Positions 19,964-30,013 of a DNA stretch of 64,000 nt are shown here, in pieces (position 1 is the stretch's first letter; every line of letters starts with the position of its first letter). This DNA comes from Minisyncoccota bacterium (GTDB taxonomy: Bacteria; Patescibacteriota; Minisyncoccia; Phycocordibacterales; UBA6065): NCBI GenBank assembly GCA_035546035.1, contig DASZXC010000008.1, forward strand, positions 316,265-380,264. Direction: 5' to 3'. Made by a program: the position numbers and the translations under genes. The notes beneath the pieces are model-generated. The model searched no databases, had not been told where the DNA came from, and saw nothing but the letters and a program-made list of their open reading frames with translations.

Positions 19964-20000
19964 AAGCCCCGGTCTCTCGCGAGAGACCGGGGCTTTCATT
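19964..20000 (+). terminator. Intrinsic terminator after the basic peptide ORF
   Basis: AAGCCCCGGTCTCTC-gc-GAGAGACCGGGGCTT followed by TCATTT. Confidence 0.75.
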
Positions 20001-20049
20001 TCTCGACAAATCAGGCGTCGGAGAGTAGGGTAAGGAAAGGAGGTACATC

Positions 20050-20442
20050 ATGAAAAACACACGTCAGATCGTCATCTATGGCATGGATGACGATTCGCAT
20101 CGCATGCTCGGCCGATCGCTCGGCCGCGGAAGCGAGTATGACACCACTCGCCTTATCGAAAACGAATCCTGTCTCGGATCGAGACGCGACGTCTGGAAAG
20201 CGACCGATATCGGCATCGGTCGGCTCGAGGAGATCGTCCGGAGCGCTCGGAAGAAGCGCTATAAGGTCGCTATCGCCGTCCGAAACGGCAATGGTCCCTA
20301 TCGCGAGCATATCGTCCCTGAAGACGAACCTGTCGCCGAAGAGCGAAAGCCTTCGGAAGCGAGCAGGGCTGAAGCGTCCCGGCTCCTCAAAAAAGCCGGG
20401 CGGATCAAAGCCCGGAAACAGGTTGCAATCAGCTCGAAATAA
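20050..20442 (+). CDS. Hypothetical basic protein (orphan)
   Basis: Strong AGGAGG SD; 130 aa; terminator near 20512-20546. Confidence 0.7.
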   Translation: MKNTRQIVIYGMDDDSHRMLGRSLGRGSEYDTTRLIENESCLGSRRDVWKATDIGIGRLEEIVRSARKKRYKVAIAVRNGNGPYREHIVPEDEPVAEERKPSEASRAEASRLLKKAGRIKARKQVAISSK

Positions 20443-20570
20443 GCATAGACTACAGAGGTTAGGTTTAGATAGGCTTGATAGTCTGTTTGTAGCTATAGGC
20501 TAATGGGTTTCGGGGGTGGGATATAGATTCCACCCCCTTTTTCTTTGCATCTATATTCGATCCTTGCGCT

Positions 20571-21566
20571 CTATATTTTCTTCGGCTTATAGTCTGCCGG
20601 CGCCTTCGAAAGCCATTCTTCCAGCTGCGCGCGATTCAGAAGCCCCTTCTGGGCGCCGATCTCCTGGACGCACGCGGCGGAATTGATGGGTGCCCAGAGG
20701 AGCGCTTCTTCGAGGCTCTTGCCCAGGACGAGGGCGACGGTGAGCGTCGAAGCGAATGCGTCGCCCGCGCCGGTCCGTTCGAACGGAGGCTTCGGGTCAG
20801 GATAGGGCGGCATGAAATACGCGTTCGTCCCGTCATCCGCGTATGCGCCCGCGGGCCCGTCGGTTATGACTGCGATCTTCGGTCCCAATCCGCGCACGAG
20901 CGCGAGCAATTTCTTGGCGTCTTTTTCCTGCGTCTTCAATATCCTCTGCGCCTCTTCCTTGTTGCAGAAGAAAATATCGGATCGCTTGTATATCTCGCCT
21001 AATTTTTCGACGCCGAGCGACATCTGAAACGTCCCCGGCTGGAATGCGACCTTCACGTCAGGGTGTTTTTTCAGCCATTCCATGATCTGAACGTGATAGT
21101 CATACGAATTTCCGCCGAGAGAGCTGATGTATATCCACTTCGGGTGGTCTATGTCCGGCAGTTTGTATGGATACTCCTGATGCTTCACCAGGATAGTGCG
21201 GTCGGCTTCGTACCAGAGGACGTAATGATAATTCGTCTCCATTCCTTTGTGCTGAGTGACGAAGCGCGAATCAACGGCGTCTTTTTTGAGCGATTGGAGG
21301 CATTCGATGCCGTTCAAATCGTTGCCCACGTCGGCGATGAGCGCCGATTTGAGCCCAAGCCGCGCCGCAGAGACGGCCGCATTGGCGGAATTGCCGACGG
21401 CGCGCACGACAGTCACTGATTCATAGGGGATCTTGTCGGCGAATTTCATGCAGAGCTCGCATGAATCGCGGTCTATCGAACAATTCACGTGCGCGTCCTT
21501 CAATCGGATGAAGGCGTCGGTGACGATATCGCCTATGGCGATAAACTCGTGATGCTTGGAGAACAT
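20571..21566 (-). CDS. PfkB-family carbohydrate kinase
   Basis: GNSANAAV, ITDGPAGA, ERTGAGDAFAS; start 21566 lies 6 nt after TATAAT. Confidence 0.92.
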   Translation of the reverse strand: MFSKHHEFIAIGDIVTDAFIRLKDAHVNCSIDRDSCELCMKFADKIPYESVTVVRAVGNSANAAVSAARLGLKSALIADVGNDLNGIECLQSLKKDAVDSRFVTQHKGMETNYHYVLWYEADRTILVKHQEYPYKLPDIDHPKWIYISSLGGNSYDYHVQIMEWLKKHPDVKVAFQPGTFQMSLGVEKLGEIYKRSDIFFCNKEEAQRILKTQEKDAKKLLALVRGLGPKIAVITDGPAGAYADDGTNAYFMPPYPDPKPPFERTGAGDAFASTLTVALVLGKSLEEALLWAPINSAACVQEIGAQKGLLNRAQLEEWLSKAPADYKPKKI

Positions 21567-21612
21567 GCATACATTATATATCGGTCTTTCAGTTTTGGTA
21601 TACTTAATCCAT

Positions 21613-22518
21613 ATGAAAATCCCGCCCAAATCCCTTCGCGAATACGTGACGGACGCATTGTCACGAAAGGTCGCTATCGGCCATTTCAACATATCGAATC
21701 TCGAAGGCTTCTGGGCTGTCATCCGCGCGGCCAAAGAATTATCTTTGGCCGCGGGCCGCGATATTCCCGTCATCATCGGCGTATCCGAAGGCGAGCGGTC
21801 GTTCATGGGCGTCGAGCAGGTCCGAGCATTGGTAAACACCGCGGTCGCTTCGGGCCAGCCGGTGTTCTTGAATGCCGATCATACGTATTCTTTCGATAAG
21901 GTGGCCGAAGTCATAGACGCCGGATACGATTCGGTCATCTATGACGGGACCGAGCAGAGCTTTGACGACAACGTCGCTGCGACGAAGAAGTGCGCGGAAT
22001 ATCTCCGCGCCGCGGCAAAGAAATCGAAAAAAGACCTCGTTATCGAAGCCGAGCTCGGATTCATAGGGAAGTCGTCGAAGGTCCTAGCGGAAATCCCGGC
22101 GGGAGTGAAGATCACCGATGAATTTTTGACCAAGCCCGAGGAGGCGAAGAGGTTCGTCGAGCTCACAGGCGTGGATATGCTCGCTCCGGCGGTCGGGAAC
22201 ATACATGGCATGCTTTCGGGCGGCAAAGACCCCGATCTCAACATCGCGCGCATCAAAGAGATCGCCGATGCGGTCAAGATCCCTCTCGTTCTCCATGGCG
22301 GTTCAGGCAATTCAGCAGAAGATTTTGTCGCGGCGATAGATGCCGGGGTCGCCATTATTCATGTGAACACAGAGATCCGCGTCGCATTCCGCAAGGCGCT
22401 CAAAAAGGAATTAGAGGAAAACACCGATGAAGTCGCGCCCTACAAAATAATGAAAGCGCCGTTACAGGCCATGCAAGCCGTAGTGCTCGAGAAGCTCAAG
22501 ATCTTCAATAGGATATAA
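21613..22518 (+). CDS. fba: Class II fructose-bisphosphate aldolase
   Basis: NADH, EAELG, VGNIHG, VLHGGSG, HVNTE motifs. Confidence 0.92.
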   Translation: MKIPPKSLREYVTDALSRKVAIGHFNISNLEGFWAVIRAAKELSLAAGRDIPVIIGVSEGERSFMGVEQVRALVNTAVASGQPVFLNADHTYSFDKVAEVIDAGYDSVIYDGTEQSFDDNVAATKKCAEYLRAAAKKSKKDLVIEAELGFIGKSSKVLAEIPAGVKITDEFLTKPEEAKRFVELTGVDMLAPAVGNIHGMLSGGKDPDLNIARIKEIADAVKIPLVLHGGSGNSAEDFVAAIDAGVAIIHVNTEIRVAFRKALKKELEENTDEVAPYKIMKAPLQAMQAVVLEKLKIFNRI

Positions 22519-22581
22519 GGCATACTAAAAATCGCCCCGCCAGGCCCTGGGGCGATTTTTAGTATGCCTTATATCCTATTG
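22506..22581. repeat. 33-bp perfect inverted repeat (bidirectional terminator/REP-like), copy 1
   Basis: Arms 22506-22538 and 22549-22581; loop GCCAGGCCCT. Confidence 0.95.
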
Positions 22582-23412
22582 GATAACCTGCGCGCTCGTG
22601 ACTTGCAGGATCCCTGCGATATCGTAGCGCTGCCAGAAATTGCTGTTAAGCATTTCAACGGGCGTCAGGGCGCCGGTCACGCGCACGCGCGTTGCGCTAT
22701 TTATAGCGTCCACCGTTCCCGTGGCTGAAAGGAGGGACGTATCGAGACCGTAGTTCTTGCCGTCATCGGCCTTGATCCCGAATGCGCATTCCAATGTCTG
22801 CGGTCCGGTCGTGTCTTTGTGGGGCAGGCATATGCGGTTGCCCGTGATCGTCACGCGCTGGGGCAAATTGGAATACGCGCCCCTCGTTATATTCGTGATA
22901 CGCCATGACGCGTCGCGCTTTTCGAGAGTGAGAGTCACCGGATAGGCCGCCGCGACGTCATTCGGATCCGTCGTCGTTACCTCGACGACGTTGCCCTGGA
23001 CCGTGTAGCTTCCGTCCGTATTCGCGCTGACGCTCACGATGCCGATGCTTTCAGGCCACGGGTTCGACGTCATGCGGCCGATCGCTTTCGAGGGGCTCGC
23101 TTTCCATTGCTGGAGAAGCTCCGGCGAGATGAGCGAGCCGTAATTCGCGTCGAATGCCGCGGCCGCGGTCGTCGTCGGCGCGAGGATCGAGACGTTCCTC
23201 ATGGCTTTGCCGAAGGCGCTCACGACTGCCTCGACGGTGCCCTGGTCGCCGCTTGAAACGGATCCGCCGGGATTGCCGATCGGGCTTTGGATGCCGCCCT
23301 CGCCGCCGTTCTGATCGACCGGAACTTCAGCATACGGAACTCTCGTCATGTAATAGGCTGCAGCCGCGATAATGATAAGCACTACCGATATCCATACGTA
23401 TTTCTTGTTCAT
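22576..23412 (-). CDS. Membrane-anchored extracellular hypothetical protein
   Basis: N-terminal TM helix, Gly-rich linker, CLPHKDTTGPQTLECAFG Cys pair. Confidence 0.8.
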   Translation of the reverse strand: MNKKYVWISVVLIIIAAAAYYMTRVPYAEVPVDQNGGEGGIQSPIGNPGGSVSSGDQGTVEAVVSAFGKAMRNVSILAPTTTAAAAFDANYGSLISPELLQQWKASPSKAIGRMTSNPWPESIGIVSVSANTDGSYTVQGNVVEVTTTDPNDVAAAYPVTLTLEKRDASWRITNITRGAYSNLPQRVTITGNRICLPHKDTTGPQTLECAFGIKADDGKNYGLDTSLLSATGTVDAINSATRVRVTGALTPVEMLNSNFWQRYDIAGILQVTSAQVIQ

Positions 23413-23478
23413 AATCTTGGTTTATACATACATAATACGATGAAAGCGCCATAAATATTCATGTTAGAATAAGTAAAT

Positions 23479-25182
23479 ATGGATTCCATTTCGGCTCTCA
23501 AAAACTATCTTAAGGACGCTTTCAGGGGCGACATAGACGATTCGGAAGCGACTCTGGCGAATATGAGCCATGATGCGAGCCTCCTCGAAGTGAAGCCGAA
23601 GATCGTCCTCTATCCGAAAGATTCGAAAGACATCCAAGCCGTCGTCAATTTCGTCCGCATCAATAAATCCGCGTACCCCGATCTTTCGGTCACGGTCCGA
23701 TCGGCCGGCACCGACATGTCAGGCGGCCCTCTGAACGATTCTATCATCCTCGACGTCGCGCGATACATAAAAGGGATCATTGAGATCAAGAAAACAGGCC
23801 AAGTCGCCGACGCGGGCGGCTTGGCCACTATCCTTCCGGGAACTTTCTATCGCGATTTCGAGCCGGAGGCGGCGAAGCTCGGCCTCGTGCTCCCGTGCTA
23901 TACGGCTTCGAAGAACCTGAATACCCTCGGCGGTATGATAGGGAATAATTCCGCGGGAGAGAAAACACTCCGTTACGGCAAGATGGAGAATTTCATCGTC
24001 TCTTTGGACGTCGTCCTTCCCGACGGCAATGAATATACTCTAAGGCCTTTGGGCAAAGAAGAATTCAGGCTGAAACTGTCGCAAGAAGACGCTGAAGGCG
24101 AGCTGTATCGCAAGGTTTGGGACATCGTCTCGCAAAACAAAGGCCTGCTCGCATTCGCAAAGCCGAAGGTCAGCAAAAATTCTGCCGGATATTATCTCTG
24201 GAATGTTTGGGATGAAGCGTCGCAGACGTTCGACCTGACGAAACTGATCGTCGGTTCGCAGGGAACGCTCGGCATCGTGACCCGGGCGACCATCAGACTG
24301 GTCCCGATAAAGCCTTTATCCAAATTGTTCGTCGTCTTCATGCCGACGCTCGACAGGCTCGGCGATATCGTCCGCGATATCGCCGCATTCAAGCCGGAAA
24401 GCTTCGAATCGTACGACGACAGTACCATGGCTTTGGCCGTGAAATTCATGCCGGACATGATCCGTACCATGCGTCTCCATAATTTCGCGCGGCTTGTCTG
24501 GAGCTTCAGGCCTGAAGCATGGATGGCGCTCTCGGGCGGCTTCCCGAAGCTCGTGCTCCTCGTCGAATTCTCGGGCGATACGGAAAAAGAAGTAGACGAC
24601 CGCATGACGGTGCTCGAGGATAAGATCGGCCATTACGGGTTCAAGATGCGCCGCGCCAAGAACGAATTCGATTCCGAAAAATATTGGACTATCAGGCGCG
24701 AGAGCTTCAACCTCTTGCGCAAGCATTCGCGGGGACGCCGCACCGCGCCGTTCGTGGACGACATCATCGTGCCTCCGGAAACCATGCCCGATTTCTTGCC
24801 GAAGATGCGCAAGATCCTCGACGACTACAAGCTGCTCTATACTATCGCCGGGCATGCGGGCAACGGCAATTTCCATATCATTCCCCTGATGGACATGCAT
24901 GACCGCGCGAACATACAGGCGATCGACGAGGTTTCCGACAAGGTCTACGACCTCGTGCTCTCATATCGAGGCTCGATCACGGCTGAGCATAACGACGGCA
25001 TCATCCGGACGCCCTATCTCGCCAAGCAGTTCGGTTCGGAGGTCGTCGCGCTCTTCGAAAAGACCAAGGACGCATTCGATCCCCAGCATATATTCAATCC
25101 AGGCAAAAAGGTTGTAGCCGGCACTGCGCATGACGCGCCCGGCACCAAGGAATACATGATCAGCCGCCTCGCGCGCGAATAG
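23479..25182 (+). CDS. FAD-binding oxidoreductase (GlcD/D-lactate dehydrogenase family)
   Basis: RSAGTDMSGG, GGMIGNNSAG, GSQGTLG, GHAGNGNFH, AEHNDG, FNPGK. Confidence 0.9.
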   Translation: MDSISALKNYLKDAFRGDIDDSEATLANMSHDASLLEVKPKIVLYPKDSKDIQAVVNFVRINKSAYPDLSVTVRSAGTDMSGGPLNDSIILDVARYIKGIIEIKKTGQVADAGGLATILPGTFYRDFEPEAAKLGLVLPCYTASKNLNTLGGMIGNNSAGEKTLRYGKMENFIVSLDVVLPDGNEYTLRPLGKEEFRLKLSQEDAEGELYRKVWDIVSQNKGLLAFAKPKVSKNSAGYYLWNVWDEASQTFDLTKLIVGSQGTLGIVTRATIRLVPIKPLSKLFVVFMPTLDRLGDIVRDIAAFKPESFESYDDSTMALAVKFMPDMIRTMRLHNFARLVWSFRPEAWMALSGGFPKLVLLVEFSGDTEKEVDDRMTVLEDKIGHYGFKMRRAKNEFDSEKYWTIRRESFNLLRKHSRGRRTAPFVDDIIVPPETMPDFLPKMRKILDDYKLLYTIAGHAGNGNFHIIPLMDMHDRANIQAIDEVSDKVYDLVLSYRGSITAEHNDGIIRTPYLAKQFGSEVVALFEKTKDAFDPQHIFNPGKKVVAGTAHDAPGTKEYMISRLARE

Positions 25183-25202
25183 GAGAGTGGTATAATGGCC
25201 GT

Positions 25203-25388
25203 ATGCCAGTCGAATTCGAAGAGAATAATTTCGAGATGAAGCGGAATTTCTATTCCGAACCGGCGCCTAAATTCGCCTCATGGCTCATATCGCATCATTT
25301 GGCCAAAGATGTCGCCGGCGCTAACAAGCTCCAGGTGTTCGCGGCCTGCCTATTCTTCGCTCTCGCCATATATTTCGCCTTCTTTTGA
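25203..25388 (+). CDS. Small membrane protein
   Basis: 61 aa with C-terminal TM helix; TATAAT 6 nt upstream. Confidence 0.65.
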   Translation: MPVEFEENNFEMKRNFYSEPAPKFASWLISHHLAKDVAGANKLQVFAACLFFALAIYFAFF

Positions 25389-25421
25389 CATTTAGAGGCC
25401 TTTGTATATACTAGGAACCCT

Positions 25422-26108
25422 ATGGCAATAACCCTCAAAGTAGAGAAAAGGGACGCGAAAGCCGACCTGGCAAAGCTCCGCAAGGCAGGCAAGGTCCCTG
25501 CCGTCTTTTACGGCAAGAAGGAGGCTTCGACCCCTATTTCGATCGCGTCCGTCGATTTCATAAAGGCATACCGCCAGGCCGGCGAATCCACTGTCGTCAT
25601 ACTCCAGGGCGACGGCATCGAAGTCGAGTCCCTCATTCATGACATCGACCTCCATCCGGTGACCAATAAGCCTCTCCATGCCGACTTCTACGTCTTCGAA
25701 AAGGGCAAGAAGATCAAGGTTGACGTTCCTCTCGAATTCGTCGGAACGGCCCCTGCGATCAAGGAGCTCGGAGGCTCTCTCATCAAGGTCCTCCACGATA
25801 TCGAGATCGAGGCTCTCCCTAAGGATCTTCCTCATAAGATCGAGGTAGACATCGCAGGCCTCGTAGACTTCGGATCGACCATCAAGGCGGGCGACATCAA
25901 GCTCCCTGCGGGCGTAGAGCTCGCCATCAAGGCTGACGACGTCGTCGCATCGGCCGCGGCTCCTAAGGCCGAGGAAGAAGAGCCGACGGCCCCTGTCGAC
26001 CTCGACGCTATCGAAGTCGAGAAGAAGGGCAAGGAAGCCAAGGAAGGCGCCGAAGGCGCAGAGGCTCCTGCAGACGACAAGGCAGACAAGAAGGAAGCGA
26101 AGAAATAA
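25422..26108 (+). CDS. rplY: 50S ribosomal protein L25/Ctc
   Basis: LRKAGKVPAVFYG, HPVT...LHADFY, long form with acidic tail. Confidence 0.95.
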   Translation: MAITLKVEKRDAKADLAKLRKAGKVPAVFYGKKEASTPISIASVDFIKAYRQAGESTVVILQGDGIEVESLIHDIDLHPVTNKPLHADFYVFEKGKKIKVDVPLEFVGTAPAIKELGGSLIKVLHDIEIEALPKDLPHKIEVDIAGLVDFGSTIKAGDIKLPAGVELAIKADDVVASAAAPKAEEEEPTAPVDLDAIEVEKKGKEAKEGAEGAEAPADDKADKKEAKK

Positions 26109-26184
26109 TACGAAAAACGCCCGATTGGGCGTTTTTTATAGCCCCCGATGCGGAGCCAGGGCGCGGGTGCGGTATAATAATTGC

Positions 26185-27576
26185 ATGAACCGGCTTCTGC
26201 TCACGCCTTTTCTCGTCCTCTCGCTCGTCGCGACTTCTCTCTTCGTGCCTTTCTTTGCGTTCGCCCAGAGCATCTCTGATGCCGCGGATGCCCGCCAGAG
26301 CGACCTTCAGGCCCAGCTCGATCAGGCGAAAAAAGAGCTCGACGCCCTGAACGCGCAGAGCTCGCAGATCAAGAGCCAGAAAGCGTCCATCGAGCGCGAC
26401 ATATCGCTCCTCGACGTTCAGATAAAGGCTGCTGAAGCGCAGATAAAGGTGAAGAATCTCACCATCAGCCGCCTCGCGACGGATATCGGCGCCAAACAGA
26501 CGACCATTAACGACCTCGAGGGAAAGCTCGAGCGCAGCGCCGAATCGCTCGGGAACCTCCTGCGCCAGACGAACGAGAACGATTCCGTCTCGATCCCGAC
26601 GATCCTCCTCGGCCAAAAGAGCTTTTCGTCGTTCTTCCAGGAAGTAGACACGTTCCAGACGGTCAAAGAAGCCCTGAACGCCTCGATGGAAGACGTGAAG
26701 GCGTATAAAGGCCAGACCGAAGACGAGAAGGCGGACCTCGAAGACAAGAAGAACCAGGAGACGAACGCGCGCGAGGATATCCTGGCCCAGCAGCGCGTTA
26801 TCGAGCGCGCCAAGTCGGATAAGAACCAGATCCTGACCACGACCAAGGGCCAGGAAGCGGCATATGCGAAGCTGATCGCCCAAAAGGAGCAGAAGATAGC
26901 GCAGATCTCGACGGCGCTCTTCGCGCTCCGCGATTCCGACGGCATCCAGTTCGGCAAAGCCCTCGAATACGCGACGATCGCGTCCCAGAAGACCGGCGTC
27001 CGTCCGGCATTCATCCTGGCTATCTTGACGCAGGAGACCGATTTGGGTAAAAACCTCGGCTCGTGCTACCTGCGCGATTACGATACGGGCGAAGGCGTGT
27101 CCGTGACCACGGGCGCGGCAAAGCCCCGCACCATGTCGCCGACGCGCGACGTCCAGCCGTTCCTCCGCATCACTCGCGAGCTCGGGCTCAATCCGCAATC
27201 CCAGCGCGTATCGTGCTGGATAGCGATGTATTCGAAAGGCCAGCCGACCGGATGGGGGGGTGCCATGGGTCCGGCGCAGTTCATCCCTTCGACCTGGGAT
27301 CTCTTCGACGATCGCATCGAAAAGGCCCTCGGCGTCGGCATAGCCAACCCGTGGGATCCCGAGCATGCGATCCTCGCATCGTCGCTCTATCTTTCGGACC
27401 TGGGCGCGGGCCTTCAGACCTATACCGCCGAAAAAGACGCGGCGTGCAAATATTATTCGGGTAAAAAGTGCAGCGCCGGCACGGGCGCGTCGTATGGCGC
27501 ATCCGTCATGGCTAAAGCCGAGAATATCCAGGAATGCATGATCGACCCGATATTGGGTAAGTCGAGCGGTTGTTAA
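26185..27576 (+). CDS. Secreted coiled-coil (PcsB/CwlO-like) plus lytic transglycosylase domain protein
   Basis: Signal peptide, long coiled coil, QET catalytic Glu, GGAMGPAQFIPSTW, NPWDP. Confidence 0.85.
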   Translation: MNRLLLTPFLVLSLVATSLFVPFFAFAQSISDAADARQSDLQAQLDQAKKELDALNAQSSQIKSQKASIERDISLLDVQIKAAEAQIKVKNLTISRLATDIGAKQTTINDLEGKLERSAESLGNLLRQTNENDSVSIPTILLGQKSFSSFFQEVDTFQTVKEALNASMEDVKAYKGQTEDEKADLEDKKNQETNAREDILAQQRVIERAKSDKNQILTTTKGQEAAYAKLIAQKEQKIAQISTALFALRDSDGIQFGKALEYATIASQKTGVRPAFILAILTQETDLGKNLGSCYLRDYDTGEGVSVTTGAAKPRTMSPTRDVQPFLRITRELGLNPQSQRVSCWIAMYSKGQPTGWGGAMGPAQFIPSTWDLFDDRIEKALGVGIANPWDPEHAILASSLYLSDLGAGLQTYTAEKDAACKYYSGKKCSAGTGASYGASVMAKAENIQECMIDPILGKSSGC

Positions 27577-27585
27577 TAAAATCAT

Positions 27586-27813
27586 ATGAAAAAGACGCTT
27601 ATCGTAGTCATCGTCATCGCTGTCGTCGTAGTTATCTGGCCAAAGCCGTTCACCTCGTCGCCAGGATTCGTATCGGCTGAAACGTATGCCCAATTCGAGG
27701 CAACCAAGCCGACCTGCTACGGCTACACCTATTTGACGAACAGGGAAGCGACGTTCGCGGATGCCCCGGGAAGGAGCCTTTGTTTCGGCATTCTGACAGG
27801 CTCCCAGAAATAG
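27586..27813 (+). CDS. Small exported Cys-pair protein
   Basis: MKK plus hydrophobic anchor; two Cys; starts 9 nt after the upstream stop. Confidence 0.65.
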   Translation: MKKTLIVVIVIAVVVVIWPKPFTSSPGFVSAETYAQFEATKPTCYGYTYLTNREATFADAPGRSLCFGILTGSQK

Positions 27814-27869
27814 GCTAAAAGCGGCCCTCCTTGCGTTTATACGGCTTATGGGCTATAGTTTGCCTCTCT

Positions 27870-28133
27870 ATGAAGAAAGAAATCCACGCGAAAAACTACC
27901 GCCCGGTCATATTCCTCGACAACTCGTCGAAGGCCCGCTTTTTGATCAATTCCGTCGTTTCCACGAAGGAAACCGACAAGTGGGAGGACGGCAAGGAATA
28001 TCCTCTCTATCACGTTGAAATCTCTTCGGCGTCGCATCCGTTCTATACCGGTAACGAGACCGTCATAGACACCGCAGGTCGCGTCGAGAAGTTCAAGGCT
28101 CGCCAGGCGAAGACGAAGACCAAGAAGGCGTAA
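27870..28133 (+). CDS. rpmE: 50S ribosomal protein L31 type B
   Basis: [31 protein letters not shown]. Confidence 0.95.
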   Translation: MKKEIHAKNYRPVIFLDNSSKARFLINSVVSTKETDKWEDGKEYPLYHVEISSASHPFYTGNETVIDTAGRVEKFKARQAKTKTKKA

Positions 28134-28181
28134 CGGAAAAGGCGGGATCGAATCCCGCCTTTTGCCTGTATACTTATCCCA

Positions 28182-29165
28182 ATGGACATAGCGAAGTATA
28201 AAAAGAACCATAAGACCTCGTACCTGGCGGACATGTACGAAAAGCTCGACAAGGACGAGACCGACCTGAAGGCGCTCATGGCGTCGGACGCGTCTATGGC
28301 TGATATGGGCAAAGCCGACCTCGAATCCATCGACGCGCAGAAGAAAGACATCGTGAGGCAGGTCGAAGCCATCGAGGCCGCTGAAAAGGAAGAAGAGCAG
28401 TTCCCGAACGAACTCATCATGGAGATCCGCGCAGGCGCCGGCGGCGACGAATCGGCGCTTTTCGCCGAAGAATTGGCGAATATGTATCGCGCGTATGCCG
28501 CAGAACAGGGCTGGCAGGTGACGATGCTCGACGAATCGCGCTCAGACGTCGGCGGGTACAAAGAAGTCTCCATGGAGATCCACGGCCAGGATATATATAA
28601 GAAGCTCCGCTATGAGACCGGCGTGCACCGCGTCCAACGCGTGCCGGAGACCGAAAAAATGGGCCGCGTCCATACGTCCACCGTCTCTATAGCCATTCTC
28701 CCGATCCGCAAGCACACGAGCGTGGACATCAATCCCGCCGACATCGAAATGGAATTCTCGCGCGCGGGCGGCAAAGGCGGCCAGAACGTCAACAAGGTCG
28801 AGACGGCCGTGCGCCTGTTCCACAAGCCTACCGGCCTCGCCGTGCGCGTGACCGCCGAGCGTAGCCAGTCCAAGAACCGCGAGCGCGCCATGGTCATGCT
28901 CACCGCCATGCTCCAGCAGAAAAAAGACGAGGACGAGGCGGCGAAATTCGCCGCGAACAAGAAGGGTCAGCTCGGCACCGGCAGCAGGTCCGAGAAGATC
29001 CGCACGTATAATTTCCCACAGGATCGCATCACCGATCACCGCATCAGGCAGAGCTGGCACAACATAGAAACTATTCTTTCGGGCGAGAAGCTCGGCGATA
29101 TCATCGATACCCTGGCTAACTTCACGGGAGAAGTGGCGGAGGGCGGGGCGGACGACGAGGAATAG
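28182..29165 (+). CDS. prfA: Peptide chain release factor 1
   Basis: [13 protein letters not shown] (PxT) motif, [21 protein letters not shown]. Confidence 0.93.
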   Translation: MDIAKYKKNHKTSYLADMYEKLDKDETDLKALMASDASMADMGKADLESIDAQKKDIVRQVEAIEAAEKEEEQFPNELIMEIRAGAGGDESALFAEELANMYRAYAAEQGWQVTMLDESRSDVGGYKEVSMEIHGQDIYKKLRYETGVHRVQRVPETEKMGRVHTSTVSIAILPIRKHTSVDINPADIEMEFSRAGGKGGQNVNKVETAVRLFHKPTGLAVRVTAERSQSKNRERAMVMLTAMLQQKKDEDEAAKFAANKKGQLGTGSRSEKIRTYNFPQDRITDHRIRQSWHNIETILSGEKLGDIIDTLANFTGEVAEGGADDEE

Positions 29166-29234
29166 AGCCGTTCCTTGCCTTTTTAAGCCCTCTTTGATAA
29201 GCTTTCCAAACGTTTCAAAAACGCAGCAAACCTA

Positions 29235-29954
29235 ATGCCAACCGCAAAAAACAAGGATTCGATGGTAGAAGCGATGTTCAAAGCAGGGGCCCATTTCGGC
29301 CTCGCTAAAGCTCGCCGCCATCCTACGACCAAGCCGTACGTATTCGGCGTCAAAAACAATATCGAGATCTTCGACCTCGAGAAGACGAACGAAGCCCTCG
29401 AGAAGGCCAAGTCTTTCGTAGCGTCTATCGCCGCTTCGGGCAAGCAGGCTCTCTTTGTCGGCGGCAAGAGCGAGGTCATTCCCGCGGTAAAGGCTGCTGC
29501 GGTCAAAGCCGGCCAGCCTATGGTCGCAGGCCGATGGATCGGCGGAACTCTCACGAACTCGACGCAGATCAAGAAGCGCATCGAGAAGTACGAGAATCGC
29601 CTCAAGGAAAAGGAGAAGGGCGAGCTCGCTAAATACACCAAGAAGGAGCGCCTCCTCATCGATCGCGAGATCGCAAAGCTCGAAACCCTCTTCGGGGGCA
29701 TCGTCTCCATGAAGGACAAGCCCGGCGTTCTCATCGTCGTAGACCCGAAGAAGGAATATATCGCCGTAGACGAGGCCCGCCAGACCGGCGTCCCTGTCGT
29801 CGCTATCGCATCGTCCGATTGCGACTTCTCTCTCGTCGATTTCGCTATCCCTGCGAACGACTCTTCGGCTGCATCTGCAGCATTCTTCCTCGACGAATTG
29901 GCTCGCGCATACGCTGAAGCCAAGGTCATGAAGCCGGAGGCAAAGACAGCCTAA
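29235..29954 (+). CDS. rpsB: 30S ribosomal protein S2
   Basis: AGAHFG, RWIGGTLTN, IPANDSS. Confidence 0.96.
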   Translation: MPTAKNKDSMVEAMFKAGAHFGLAKARRHPTTKPYVFGVKNNIEIFDLEKTNEALEKAKSFVASIAASGKQALFVGGKSEVIPAVKAAAVKAGQPMVAGRWIGGTLTNSTQIKKRIEKYENRLKEKEKGELAKYTKKERLLIDREIAKLETLFGGIVSMKDKPGVLIVVDPKKEYIAVDEARQTGVPVVAIASSDCDFSLVDFAIPANDSSAASAAFFLDELARAYAEAKVMKPEAKTA

Positions 29955-30013
29955 CTCTCGGCTTCTGCCCGTGATATAATGTCAGTCCCTGCCAGCTTTA
30001 ATTTTTTCTATTT

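Noticed and set aside
26008-27693. 561-aa minus-strand ORF
   Set aside because: Antisense shadow of the transglycosylase gene.
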